Shown: positions 20,885 to 35,271, counted from the stretch's first letter. The stretch is DNA of 64,000 bases from Candidatus Krumholzibacteriota bacterium (GCA_963764625.1 CAVXTH010000005.1:32001-96000), one strand, 5' to 3'. Notes: generated from the sequence alone by a model not told the origin. Made by a program: numbers and translations.

Positions 20885-21661
20885 TCAGGGAAGAATCTCC
20901 AGGCGCACCGCTTCGGAGTCACTGGCCGCCACGGTCCACAGGCCCTTCCCATCCCAGCTGAGACTCACGAATTCTCCCGGCCGGAAGAACGCGTCCCGGG
21001 CGATCACCGCGTCTCTACGGCCAGTGGTTCCAGTGAGCCGGTAGAGCCGGCCGGTGCTGGCGTCGGCCGACCAGAAGTGGTAGCCGTCGTAGGCCAGGCC
21101 GGTGGGATAAAACGCGGGTGCGGCGACTTTCTTCGACACTCGCCCTTCCTCGGTGTCCACCCGCAAGATATTGCGCGCATCACAGTCGACCACCCAGAGG
21201 TAGAGGCCGTCGTAGGCCATCCCGCCCGGATGATGACCGGGTGAAGGAAGGGTTAAGAGAACCGAGCCATCCGCGGGCGAAATCTGGTAGATCCCGCTGC
21301 TAGCTCCGAGAAGACTGCCGCTGCTCCACCAGTTCTCGCCGTCAGAGGCCAGGCCGGTTTCGAATTCGTTGGATTGCGCGGCCAGCACGGAGAGTTCCCG
21401 TGAGGAAGCGCGCCATCGCATGAGCCTGACCTGAAAACTGGAATCCGGCGCGGAGAGACCGGTGTTGCCCGTGGCCAGGAGCACGACCGCGTCCTTCTGG
21501 ACCAGGAACCCCCGCACCCCATCGGTCGGCAGCGGCATCCGCGCGTCCACCACGGCGCCGATCTCCGGTAGGGATTGGAGATCCACCGCATGGGCCGAAG
21601 AGGGCAGGCCACTCAGGAGCAGGAATACAGCGGCAAGAACGCGCGGACAGCTGGATTTCAC
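20885..21661 (-). CDS. Secreted beta-propeller protein (YncE/glutaminyl cyclase-like repeats)
   Basis: Signal peptide from GTG 21661 (VKSSCPRVLAAVFLLL...AHA); repeats P.G(L/M)AYDG..(L/F)W..D. Confidence 0.7.
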   Translation of the reverse strand: MKSSCPRVLAAVFLLLSGLPSSAHAVDLQSLPEIGAVVDARMPLPTDGVRGFLVQKDAVVLLATGNTGLSAPDSSFQVRLMRWRASSRELSVLAAQSNEFETGLASDGENWWSSGSLLGASSGIYQISPADGSVLLTLPSPGHHPGGMAYDGLYLWVVDCDARNILRVDTEEGRVSKKVAAPAFYPTGLAYDGYHFWSADASTGRLYRLTGTTGRRDAVIARDAFFRPGEFVSLSWDGKGLWTVAASDSEAVRLEILP

Positions 21662-21774
21662 GATGGACTTCGACCTCTGGCTCTCCGGTTGCACCCAGGA
21701 TTGGACTTCGCCGCGGATGGCTAACACGCTAGCGAAGAAGCGCGAGAGTGTCGACGCGATTCTCCCACCGAAAG

Positions 21775-21810
21775 GCAAACGAACGCCGGGTCCCTGAAAG
21801 GGACCCGGCG
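21775..21810 (-). terminator. Intrinsic terminator of the sRNA
   Basis: CGCCGGGTCCC-TTTCA-GGGACCCGGCG followed by TTCGTTT. Confidence 0.7.
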
Positions 21811-21949
21811 CACGGTAGCACAACGATTATCGCGATCCAACGGATGGCAGCGTTTCGTCCCTTACTGGCGTAGCGCTGAAAGCCCCTCGTATTCCTGACA
21901 CACCTCCAGCCGCCTCCGCCAGTAAGTAGACTTGTTTGCCTATCCGAAA
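21775..21949 (-). ncRNA. Candidate sigma54-dependent sRNA (~170 nt)
   Basis: Bounded by a sigma54 promoter and an 11-bp terminator hairpin; stems CUUACUGGCG/CGCCAGUAAG and GCUGGAGG/CUUUCAGC (two G.U); 5' 22 nt complementary to the large RNA. Confidence 0.7.
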
Positions 21950-21960
21950 ACATTCTAATG

Positions 21961-21976
21961 GCATATTGCGTGCCAG
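21961..21976 (-). promoter_or_regulatory. sigma54 -24/-12 promoter
   Basis: CTGGCACGCAATATGC versus consensus YTGGCACG-N4-TTGC; +1 at about 21949; AT-rich upstream region. Confidence 0.7.
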
Positions 21977-22132
21977 CAATTCGAGCGGATTCCGGAGAAA
22001 ACACTCGGAGCTAATCTATTGTCATGAAACTAGTTAGAACCACAGCCGGGGAGAGGGTCCCGCCCTACAAAAAACTAAACCATCAAGCAATTTAATGTTC
22101 CAGAAAATAATTTTACTTTTTGGGGAAAACTC

Positions 22133-22495
22133 TCAGAGCTCGGAGTGCCCTGTCTCGTCGGAGCTGGTCGCGGATTCGAACTCGACGGTGTCGGCGACTT
22201 CACCGTCATAGAGCAAAGTGTCAGGATCGCCCTTGAGAACGATACGCACCCGCGTGGACTGGTTCTTCTCCAGAGCAGCGATGACGCCCTTGATGAGATC
22301 GGTGCCCGACTGGACCGTGAGATCGATCGGCTCGCTGGTGTCGACGACCAGGACCTGAGTCGCCGAGGGCAGCTCGTGGGTTCCGGCCTCGAGGGTGGTC
22401 TTGATGGCCCATTTCGCCTCAGCCGGCCGCAAAGTCAGGGACGTGAAGAGTGCGACGAAGAGGAGAAGAACGGCAAGAATGCTGGCGCGGAACAT
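22133..22495 (-). CDS. Small secreted hypothetical protein
   Basis: Signal peptide ending AEA; GGAGG RBS; beta-rich mature part. Confidence 0.7.
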   Translation of the reverse strand: MFRASILAVLLLFVALFTSLTLRPAEAKWAIKTTLEAGTHELPSATQVLVVDTSEPIDLTVQSGTDLIKGVIAALEKNQSTRVRIVLKGDPDTLLYDGEVADTVEFESATSSDETGHSEL

Positions 22496-22610
22496 GAAAA
22501 TCCCTCCCCCGTAGGGTCCTCAGCAGCGTGGCCCCTAGTGTTCATCTACTATACGGCTTGTGGGCCGCCGAGCGAAACCCTTTTCTGGCTCGTTTTCGGC
22601 CAATGCACCC

Positions 22611-26933
<4,323 letters not shown>

Positions 26934-27029
26934 GCGCGCACGTACCGGTCGAAGGAAGAGAATCCGGGGAGAACGCCCCCTCTCACTCTACTCCAAGCGC
27001 GCCTGCGCCTTCAACCGACCGCGGTAACA

Positions 27030-27866
27030 TTATTTTCCGGAAGAATCGATACCGGTATCCGGGGTCTTGGATTGGGGCCGCCACCGCACGCCCAAGAGCC
27101 AGCCCCAGTCCATGGCACGACTCTCCCGGGGCCCGGTGGAGAGACTGGCGCCCAGGTTCAGGCCCAGGTCGGCCGCGGGAAACCAGCTCACTTCGCCCTC
27201 GATCCAGACGCTCTTGGGGGCCCCCGCCATGTCGTAGCGAGCCTGGAGCGCCCCGCCGGCGCGGGTTCCCATGCCGTGCCAGGCCGCCATCAGCCCACTG
27301 GGCGAGGGCCAGGAACCGTTCGGCCGTACAAGAGCGGGCTCGTTTTGGGGCGGAGGAGAGACCCGGCGCGCATACCACCCCACCCAAGCCCTTCCTGAGG
27401 CCCAACGGCCCATGGAGAGTCGGAGTCGCAGCCCGATCGAGGAGGCGTCGCTCGCCACCGGAAAGAGGTTCTCATCCCCCAGGGGCAAGGTTCCATCCAC
27501 GTCGAAGGCAACTCCCCAGGCGCCCGCGGGACCCAGGTGGGTACAGAGCGCCACCCAGGCCGGTCCACCTCCGTATTCGGTGGCCTGCGGACGGGACACC
27601 CCGGCATAGCTCACCCCCCCACCCACCGCGACGCGGCCGGCCAGATTCTTCCAGCTCTGCAGGCGGTACCATTCGACGCGCGAATCATCGGGAAGGGTGA
27701 AGACCCGCAGCTGAAGATCGACCGGCGGAGTCTGGTCGGGAAAGTCCAGGGAGTCGAGGGCCAAGGGGGGCAGGAGTTGCTGGCGGGGTGGAGCCGCGCT
27801 CGCCGCTCGCGCCAGCAGCACCGCCAAAACCAGAATCGAGAGCGGGATCCGCGCGGGGATCTTCAT
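27030..27866 (-). CDS. Secreted hypothetical protein, possible outer-membrane beta-barrel
   Basis: Signal peptide, alternating beta-strand pattern, GWLLGVRW near the C-terminus. Confidence 0.6.
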   Translation of the reverse strand: MKIPARIPLSILVLAVLLARAASAAPPRQQLLPPLALDSLDFPDQTPPVDLQLRVFTLPDDSRVEWYRLQSWKNLAGRVAVGGGVSYAGVSRPQATEYGGGPAWVALCTHLGPAGAWGVAFDVDGTLPLGDENLFPVASDASSIGLRLRLSMGRWASGRAWVGWYARRVSPPPQNEPALVRPNGSWPSPSGLMAAWHGMGTRAGGALQARYDMAGAPKSVWIEGEVSWFPAADLGLNLGASLSTGPRESRAMDWGWLLGVRWRPQSKTPDTGIDSSGK

Positions 27867-27909
27867 TCTGTGACCCGGCTGAAGGAGACGAGCTCAGTCT
27901 AGCAGACGA

Positions 27910-28293
27910 TCAACTCTTACCCATGATGAGTTGAATCTCGCCGTGTTCGCTGAAACGGACTCGAGCCGTCCGTCGATTTCCGGGAAGAACCACGATTTCC
28001 AGCACCACGCCATAGTCGTTCCAGCTGCGATGGTGGACGATGTCCCCCACCTCGTATTCGTAAGCGGAGTCGTACGGCACCGCCTTGCTGATGTCGATCT
28101 CGTCGAGGAGATCTTCACTCGGAGCCTGCGTGGCCCCCTCCCCCGCTTCCTCCATGTGGGGAAGGATGCCCTTGCAACGCGGGCACTTCAACCAGATGAC
28201 GCCGTCCTCGCTGGTATCGCTGACCACCGTCATTTCTAGGTGATCTTTGCAAACCGAACAGTACTGGCGCATGGCAGTGACCTGCTGTGGCAT
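27910..28293 (-). CDS. Small Zn-ribbon plus SH3-like domain hypothetical protein
   Basis: CSVC...CPRC; YEVGDIVHHRSWNDYGVV...VRF. Confidence 0.75.
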   Translation of the reverse strand: MPQQVTAMRQYCSVCKDHLEMTVVSDTSEDGVIWLKCPRCKGILPHMEEAGEGATQAPSEDLLDEIDISKAVPYDSAYEYEVGDIVHHRSWNDYGVVLEIVVLPGNRRTARVRFSEHGEIQLIMGKS

Positions 28294-28324
28294 GGTGATT
28301 GATCTTTCCCGTGGGGATCCCGCT

Positions 28325-28510
28325 TTACCTTCGGGATACGACGACCTTGCAGCAGTCCTCTGCTTCTTCCTTCAGGTTATAACGCATTCCGCAAACCAGG
28401 CAACGGTAAGAACCGTTCAACCGTCCCTCTCGTTCAGCCTTTTCGATCAGTTGATCGTAGCGCACGAAATGCTTTTCCTTCACGAGGGACGAGTCTTCGG
28501 ACTTGGTCAT
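28325..28510 (-). CDS. Small Cys-rich (zinc-finger-like) protein, 61 aa
   Basis: GGAGG RBS before ATG 28510; YRCLVCGMRY...EAEDCC. Confidence 0.65.
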   Translation of the reverse strand: MTKSEDSSLVKEKHFVRYDQLIEKAEREGRLNGSYRCLVCGMRYNLKEEAEDCCKVVVSRR

Positions 28511-28652
28511 TTTCCCTCCCTGAGACCGAATTCCATCATTCACATCTACCACACCGTTACTCAGGAAGTTGTTTATCTCAGAAGCGTATCAACGGTGGCG
28601 CGATCATACGTATTGGGCGCACGAGCGTCAAGCTGCTCGAACTTTCCATCGC

Positions 28653-29795
28653 TCATGAGATCGAATCCAACGCCTTCTTCAAATCCTCCTGAAGATCTTC
28701 TACATCCTCGATGCCCACACTGATACGCACGAGACCGTCGGTGATTCCCAGCTCTTCGCGAATCTCCTTCGGTACCGTGCCGTGCGTCATCATGGCGGGA
28801 TGAGAGATCAAGCTCTCCACTCCACCGAGGCTTTCTGCCAGAGTGAAGATTTCTACGCTTTTTACGACAGTTTGCGCCGCCGCGAGCGATCCGAGATCGA
28901 AGGAGATCATCCCGCCGAAACCACGCATTTGACTCCGTGCGAGCGCGTGCCCGGGATGCGACGGAAGCCCTGGATAGTAGATTTTTTTCACTTCTTTTCG
29001 CTCCGCGAGCCAAGCAGCAATGTGCTTCGCGTTGGCTTCGTGCTGGCGCATGCGCACCGCCAGCGTCTTCACGCCTCGCAGCGCGAGCCAACAGTCCCAA
29101 GGACCCGGAATCGCCCCGGCCGCATTCTGCAAAAACTTCAGACTCGCGTAGATCTCCTCGTCGCTCGTGAGCACCACCCCACCGACCATGTCGCTGTGAC
29201 CATTGAGGTACTTGGTGGTGGAGTGCACACATACATCGGCGCCCAGGGCCAGAGGGTTCTGGAAGTAGGGGCTCATGAAAGTGTTGTCGACCACAAGCTT
29301 CGCGCCTTTCGCGTGGGCCAGCTCGGCGCAGGCCTTGATGTCGGTGACGGTCAGGATGGGATTGGTGGGAGTCTCGACGAACAGGAGTTTGGTCTTCTCG
29401 GTGAAGGCCTTCTCCACCTGGGAGAGATCGCTGGTGTCGGCGAAGTGGAAGCGCTGGCCGAAACGCTTGAGCACCATTTCGAAGAGCCGATAGGTTCCTC
29501 CGTACACGTTCGAGGTGCAGATGATCTCGTCGCCACCGTTCAAGGTCTGCAGGATCGCGTGGATCGCTGCCGTCCCGCTGCCGAACGCCACTCCGTGACT
29601 TGCCCCCTCGAGGGCGGCAATACAGGCTTCCAGGGCCTCTCGGGTGGGATTCTGCGTGCGCGCGTATTCGTAGCCCCGGTGCTCACCGATTCCGTCCTGT
29701 GCATAGGTGGAAGTCTGGAACACCGGTGTCATTACCGCGCCGGTGATCGGTTCTGGTTCTTGCCCCGCGTGAATCGCGAGAGTCGAGAAGCCCAT
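28653..29795 (-). CDS. Cystathionine gamma-lyase/synthase (PLP-dependent)
   Basis: YARTQNPT, ETPTNP, VVDNTF, HSTTKYLNGHSD, AESLGGVESL. Confidence 0.93.
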   Translation of the reverse strand: MGFSTLAIHAGQEPEPITGAVMTPVFQTSTYAQDGIGEHRGYEYARTQNPTREALEACIAALEGASHGVAFGSGTAAIHAILQTLNGGDEIICTSNVYGGTYRLFEMVLKRFGQRFHFADTSDLSQVEKAFTEKTKLLFVETPTNPILTVTDIKACAELAHAKGAKLVVDNTFMSPYFQNPLALGADVCVHSTTKYLNGHSDMVGGVVLTSDEEIYASLKFLQNAAGAIPGPWDCWLALRGVKTLAVRMRQHEANAKHIAAWLAERKEVKKIYYPGLPSHPGHALARSQMRGFGGMISFDLGSLAAAQTVVKSVEIFTLAESLGGVESLISHPAMMTHGTVPKEIREELGITDGLVRISVGIEDVEDLQEDLKKALDSIS

Positions 29796-29798
29796 GTC

Positions 29799-31196
29799 CT
29801 AGTGTCCCTCCTGGACGAAGTCGATGAGATCGTATCGGGTGAGAATTCCGCTCACGTGACCGTGTTCCTCCACCAATACCGCGCCGTCCTTGCCGCTCAG
29901 GGTAGCGAGGATCTCGCTCATCCGCCGCGTGCCCTCTACGTGTGGGAGCGGCGGTTCCTGGAGCTCGCTCAGGCCTTGATTCATGCACTCCGGGTTGTCG
30001 AGCACCGCGGCCATGAGTCGACTGTCGGTCACCCGTCCCACCGGTGTTCCATCCTTCATCACCGGAAGCTGGCTCACTTCGTTCTGACGCATGAGCTCGA
30101 TGGCCTCGCGCACGGTGGCATTCAGGTCGACCGTGAGAAGAGTCTTCAGCTGCTTACCGCGACGGTGCAAGACGTCGCTCGCGGTGGCCGAGGAGGGCGA
30201 GAGGAAACGGTTCTCGCGCATCCAGTCGTCGTTGAAGATCTTCGACACGTACTTGCTTCCCGAATCCGGGAGAAGCACCACCACCATCTGCTCGGGTTTC
30301 ATCTCGCGCGCGAGCTCGAGGGCGACCGCGACGGCCGAACCACACGAGCCTCCCGCGAAGATCCCTTCCTCCTTGACCAGGCGGCGCGTGATGAGAAAGG
30401 AAGTCTCGTCGTTCACCCGCCGCACCTCGTCCACCGCGTCCCGGTAGAAGACGCTCGGAATGATGTCTTCGCCAATTCCCTCGACCTTGTAGGGCTGTGC
30501 TTCGCCGGTTTCCCCGGTGTCGTACCACTGCTTGAGAATGCTGCCCTGCGGATCGACGCCCACGATGCGCACTCTCGGGTTCTGCTCTTTGAGGTACCTT
30601 CCGGTGCCGCTGATCGTGCCGCAGGTGCCCAGGCCGGCCACGAAAGCGGAGATCTTGCCTTCGGTCTGGGCCCAGAGCTCGGGTCCGGTCGTCTCATAGT
30701 GCGCGCGTGGATTGGCGTCGTTGAAGTATTGGTTCGTCCAGACGCAGTTCTCGGTGGTCTCGGCGATGTGTCGAGCGATGGAGTAGTAGCTCTCGGGGTG
30801 GTCCGGGGCCACGTTGCTCGGGGTGACGATGACCTCCGCGCCCATGGCGCGTAGAAGGCTGATCTTCTCCGAACTCATTTTGTCGGGCATGGTGCAGATC
30901 AAGCGGTAACCACGCACGGCGCAGGAAAGGGCCAGGCCCATTCCGGTGTTGCCGCTGGTGCACTCGACCACCGTGCCGCCGGGAGCGAGCAGTCCCTGCT
31001 CTTCGGCCGCGTTCAGCATGGAAGCGCCGATGCGATCCTTCACACTTCCGCCGGGATTGAGCATCTCCATCTTCGCGTACACGCGCGCACCCTTGGGGTC
31101 GGGCATCTTGCGCAAGCGGACCAGGGGCGTGTTTCCGATGGCCTCGGTGACGTCCTCGAGTACGGGGGGAATGAAAGCGTCCTTTGGAACATTCAT
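29799..31196 (-). CDS. cbs: Cystathionine beta-synthase with CBS domains
   Basis: NPGGSVKDR, TSGNTG, GTCGT, YKVEGIG, KIFNDDWM, C-terminal CBS pair. Confidence 0.92.
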   Translation of the reverse strand: MNVPKDAFIPPVLEDVTEAIGNTPLVRLRKMPDPKGARVYAKMEMLNPGGSVKDRIGASMLNAAEEQGLLAPGGTVVECTSGNTGMGLALSCAVRGYRLICTMPDKMSSEKISLLRAMGAEVIVTPSNVAPDHPESYYSIARHIAETTENCVWTNQYFNDANPRAHYETTGPELWAQTEGKISAFVAGLGTCGTISGTGRYLKEQNPRVRIVGVDPQGSILKQWYDTGETGEAQPYKVEGIGEDIIPSVFYRDAVDEVRRVNDETSFLITRRLVKEEGIFAGGSCGSAVAVALELAREMKPEQMVVVLLPDSGSKYVSKIFNDDWMRENRFLSPSSATASDVLHRRGKQLKTLLTVDLNATVREAIELMRQNEVSQLPVMKDGTPVGRVTDSRLMAAVLDNPECMNQGLSELQEPPLPHVEGTRRMSEILATLSGKDGAVLVEEHGHVSGILTRYDLIDFVQEGH

Positions 31197-31370
31197 GGGC
31201 TCGGGGCAGGTTGCCCTCGCCTCCTTTCGCGCACGGAATCAGCGCCTAGAGCTTGCTTCACGACCCAGGGCTCGGGCGATCGAATCCGCGGGAAACTACC
31301 ATCAGAGCACCTCCTGCGTCAAGGCGACCCGCGCGGAAGGGAAAGGCTAATCTATTTCAATTCAAGAACT

Positions 31371-32198
31371 TCAGCCTTTGGCCGTGGCGGAAGTCGAGCG
31401 CGCGAAGGCGAGGACCTCGCCCACGGTGGAAAGCCCCCGGCTTCGCAGCTCGGAGAGCTCGTGCAGGAGCACGTGGGCGGTGGCGGTGGCGTCGGCGATG
31501 GCTCGGTGTTGGCGATCGAGAGGGACCTCGAGGCGGCGGGCGACCGCGCCCAGGCGAAAGGCACCCCACTCGGGATGCATCCTCCGCGAGAGCCGGACGG
31601 TGCAGAGTTGAGGCCAGGGATGAGGACGATGTCCGGACTCCCTCACCTGGCGCCGCAGAAAGGGATAGTCGAAATCCACGTTGTGGGCGACGAAGACACT
31701 GCCCTCCAAGAGTTCCAGGACTCGCGGGGCGATCTGATGAAAGCGGGGAGCGTCTTGCAGCATCGAGTCTTTGATCCCGGTCAGACCCTGAATCCATCGG
31801 GGGACGGGTTTCATCGGATTCACCAGACTGTGGAAGCTTCCCCGCACGCGCCCACGATCGACCCGCACCACGGCCACGTCGATGATGCGATCGATTCCCA
31901 AACGGCTGCCGGTGGCTTCGAGATCGACCACCGCGAAAGCGGCATCCTGCAGACGAAGATGACGATAGGGAGAGGATCTGAGTTCCCACAGTCCCCGGTG
32001 GGACTCGCTGAAGCGCCGATCGCGGGAAAGAAGCGTGTGCACCAAGAGCGGAAAAACCGATTCCTCGAGCTTGGGCTTGAACAGAACCCGGGCCAATTCC
32101 TCGCTGCCGACCGGTCGATTGACCCTCATGAAGTACTCGTGCGCACGAGTTCTCAGGCTCTCCAGGTTTTCCTTGCGCAATGGGGTGTGAGCATCCAC
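31371..32198 (-). CDS. DEDDh 3'-5' exonuclease (DnaQ/PolC-epsilon-like)
   Basis: VDLEATG, AHNVDFD, HRAIADA. Confidence 0.9.
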   Translation of the reverse strand: MDAHTPLRKENLESLRTRAHEYFMRVNRPVGSEELARVLFKPKLEESVFPLLVHTLLSRDRRFSESHRGLWELRSSPYRHLRLQDAAFAVVDLEATGSRLGIDRIIDVAVVRVDRGRVRGSFHSLVNPMKPVPRWIQGLTGIKDSMLQDAPRFHQIAPRVLELLEGSVFVAHNVDFDYPFLRRQVRESGHRPHPWPQLCTVRLSRRMHPEWGAFRLGAVARRLEVPLDRQHRAIADATATAHVLLHELSELRSRGLSTVGEVLAFARSTSATAKG

Positions 32199-32302
32199 CT
32201 CGAGCTCCGATGCACTTCCAATGGGGCAGAATCTCCTTTGATTCTACCACAAACCGAGCACCGAGTGGTTGCTGTCGCGTGGAATCGAGTCGCTCGTGTG
32301 AG

Positions 32303-33070
32303 TCAATCAGAGCCCAAGAGCTTCTGGACGCTCGACGGGATGCCGCTGGGAGAGGGCTTGCGCCCGAAGTCCACACACACGAGTTCGTCCTCGGTCAGCA
32401 GCGGAGGCGGAGAGCCCGGTTGCGCCTCGGCAGGAGCAAGCTCGGTATCCACCTTGGAACGCAAGAGTCCGAAGATGGGCACCGCGGAGGAGATCTGGGC
32501 CACCGCCACCGCCTGATTGCGGTACACCATGTCGCCGCGTCCCATCCTCACTCTCACTTCCCGGACTTCCTCCAGACGCACTTCCTCACGCGCGATCGTT
32601 CTTTCGGAGATGAGGGTGTCCGGCAGGGCCTGACGCTCGACGGTGGGATTTTCGAAGAGGTCCTGAAAATGCCGTTTCAAAAGACGGTTGGTCTTCAGGT
32701 TCTGAAGGTCTTGCTCCTCTACCGCCTCGCCGGGGAGAATCTTGAACACTCTGCGCAATCCGTCGAGGAGATCTCCCTGCCGCAGCGTGTCCAGGGGAGC
32801 CACGAGCAAGACGTACGATTCCGCCTCATCCAAGAACTTCAACCCGATCCAGTGTTCCCCCTCGTCGGTCGCGGCGAGGACCTCGCAGCGGAGGCTCTCC
32901 TTGGTCTGCTGACCCTCGGCCGTCTCGGTGCTCTGAAATTCCGCCCACGATCCCGGGCGAAGGTCGAGTTCGATGAGACCGCGGTGCCACCAGGAGAAGA
33001 TTTCCTGGGCGCGGCAGGGGCTAGCGCCGGCCAGAACGAAAAGCAGGAGAGTGGTTAGGACCCAGCGCAT
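32303..33070 (-). CDS. Secreted hypothetical protein
   Basis: Signal peptide MRWVLTTLLLFVLAGASPCRA from ATG 33070. Confidence 0.7.
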   Translation of the reverse strand: MRWVLTTLLLFVLAGASPCRAQEIFSWWHRGLIELDLRPGSWAEFQSTETAEGQQTKESLRCEVLAATDEGEHWIGLKFLDEAESYVLLVAPLDTLRQGDLLDGLRRVFKILPGEAVEEQDLQNLKTNRLLKRHFQDLFENPTVERQALPDTLISERTIAREEVRLEEVREVRVRMGRGDMVYRNQAVAVAQISSAVPIFGLLRSKVDTELAPAEAQPGSPPPLLTEDELVCVDFGRKPSPSGIPSSVQKLLGSD

Positions 33071-33156
33071 CGTCGATCGTTTTCCCCCCAAGAGCGAAAC
33101 GAACGCCCGGAGAGCCGAGTCTCCGGGCGTGGAAAGGGAAAGCACCCGTCGATTCC

Positions 33157-34518
33157 TCAGTGGGCGATGCGTGCCCAGTAGGTGTCGTAATCGAAGCTGG
33201 GATCGAATTCCGGGGTGTGACACTTCGTACAAGACTCCTTGGCCTGCTTTACCCACTCCCCATCGCGCGCGTGCATGCTGCCGTAGCCGTGGCAGGCCTC
33301 GCACTGGACGTTGAAGAGCGTGTTCCGCCCGTTGGCGGACACCGCGGGATCGAATCCGTTGTAGTAGTCCCATCCCGTCACGTGACAGCCCACGCATTCG
33401 GGATTGCTGGTCTGTCCCTTGGCCACCAGGGTCTGCCAGGCCTTGGCGTGCCCCGTATCCTGAAAGCTGGTGAAGATCGCCTTGTGGCAATTGCTGCAGC
33501 GCATCGTACCCAGGTACATCTCGCTCGTTTCCCCTTTGTCGGGACGGGGGCTGAGCTGGGAATGCTGGGACAACTTCTCGTTCGACTTGAGGAAGGTGTC
33601 GACCTCGGCCTGGACCTCCGCGATCTCCGGCGCCTGCAATCCGAGTTCGTGCAGAGTCAGAACCGCATCCTGGATGACACCCTTTGGAGTGACTTCCAGA
33701 TCGAGCTGACCCAGGTACTTGCCCTGGGGGTTGGCGGACACCAGGTAGATGTCGCCCACGCGGTTCAGGCGGCGGTACTCGCGCAGATCCGCGCCCTCGA
33801 CGCAGATATCGATGCCCGAACCCGAGCCGAGGTCGGTTAGCAGCTCGCGCGTGTCACGGGTGGACGCAGCCGAGAGCAGGATGATGAGATCACTCTTCTT
33901 CCTGAGTTCGGGCAGATACTTGTCCAGCGCGTCGCGAGGAGAGTCGATCACGAACTTGTCCACGTGCGCCGACATGGTGGTGATCGTGTAGCTCTGTCCG
34001 AGGACGGAGATGATCCCGATCCTGAGTCCGCCTTTTTTCACCACGGCGTAAGGATCGAAGAGTAGCTTACCGCCCTCGCCGCCCCGCAGATTGGCCGAGA
34101 TGTAGTGGAGCTTGCGCTTCACCGCCTGCTCCTTGAGGAAACTGAGACCGTAGTTCAGATCCCACTGTCCCACCGCCAGCACCGGATAATCCAGCTGGGC
34201 CACGTGGTCGAGCAAGAAGAGCGTCTGGGCTTTCGCGGCATCCGTACGACGGCCGTACATGTTCCCCGCGTCGAGGTGGAGCACGTTGTCATGATTCTTG
34301 GCGATGTCCTGAAATATGGCGGCCCTCCGGGCCAACCCACCGAGCGGCTTGTGTTTTCACCCACACGGGGCGATTTCACCGTGGACCGCCCCTTCGAAGG
34401 TGAGAGTCAGATTGACCATGTTCTCCTCGGCTTGCGACGCGGATCGAAGCGTCAGCACGCCGAGCGCCGCGGCGAGCGCAACGAGAAAGCTCGTTGCCCT
34501 CAGGGTGACTCGATGCAT
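33157..34518 (-). CDS. UshA/5'-nucleotidase-like selenoprotein fused to a tetraheme cytochrome c (c554-like); Sec at TGA 34359-34357
   Basis: Signal peptide, then GEIAPCG-[TGA]-KHKPLGGLARRA in frame with the downstream ORF; LDAGN; four CxxCH motifs (CSNCH, CVGCH, CEACH, CTKCH). Confidence 0.85.
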
Positions 34519-34701
34519 TTCCATCCTCCACGGGGAGTACAAAAGGGGCCCATACTTGCGCGGGTGAGCCGTCATGATACCAAGAGAATACCGCTGACCG
34601 CAATCTCGGCCTTGGATTGCCCGCCGGCAGCTCCTTCTCCCGGCCAGGACACCCGCCCGGTTTGAATGCCTGGACCACGCGTCAGGTTCCAAAATAGACC
34701 A

Positions 34702-34727
34702 GGGCCCCCACCAGAGAGCGGGGGCCC
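34702..34727 (-). terminator. Terminator after the HU gene
   Basis: GGGCCCCCGC-UCUCUG-GUGGGGGCCC followed by UGGUCUAUUUU. Confidence 0.55.
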
Positions 34728-34782
34728 CGTCAGGAATTGGACCTGGGGCTGGCTGGGGGCGGATCCAAGACCACGCGAGAGA

Positions 34783-35082
34783 CTACTTCCTCTTGTTCAC
34801 GTGATCCTTCAGAGCACGGCCCGCGCTGAATGCGGGAACGCGGCTCGCGGGAATGGCGATGGTGGCACCCGTCTGCGGGTTGCGACCCATCCGCTTCTTC
34901 CGCTTGCGGCTCTCGAAAGTGCCAAAACCCGTGATCTGGACCTTGCGGCCCCGGGTCAGCTCGGAAGCGATGATTCCCCTCTTCGGATCGGTGTCGAAGA
35001 GCATGTCGATAATCGCCTTGGCCTGACGGCCAGAGAGCTCGGACTTCGTCGCGAGCTTCGCGGTCAATTCGGTCTTGTTCAT
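34783..35082 (-). CDS. hup: DNA-binding protein HU
   Basis: MNKTEL, ITGFGTF, GRNPQTG, PAFSAGRALKD; AGGAGG RBS. Confidence 0.95.
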   Translation of the reverse strand: MNKTELTAKLATKSELSGRQAKAIIDMLFDTDPKRGIIASELTRGRKVQITGFGTFESRKRKKRMGRNPQTGATIAIPASRVPAFSAGRALKDHVNKRK

Positions 35083-35271
35083 GGAACAGACCTCCTTTCT
35101 TGAATTCCCAATAGACCCTATGGTGGGATCCTGTCAACGCAAAATGTCGAAAATGCGGCGGATTTCCGCGGCTCTCGAATCGGGCGAACGCTCCGAACCA
35201 GAGCTTCAGGATCCTCAGCTCAGCCAGCGAGCTCGTGTCCAGCTGACGGGCCGCAGCCGACGGAGGGGAAG

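Noticed and set aside
21662-22004. N-terminal extension of ORF 20885..21823 and ORF 21729..22004
   Set aside because: They cross a terminator and the sigma54 promoter; the signal peptide indicates a start at GTG 21661.
34357-34692. Separate 111-aa ORF ending in PCG*
   Set aside because: It is the N-terminus of the selenoprotein (true start 34518).
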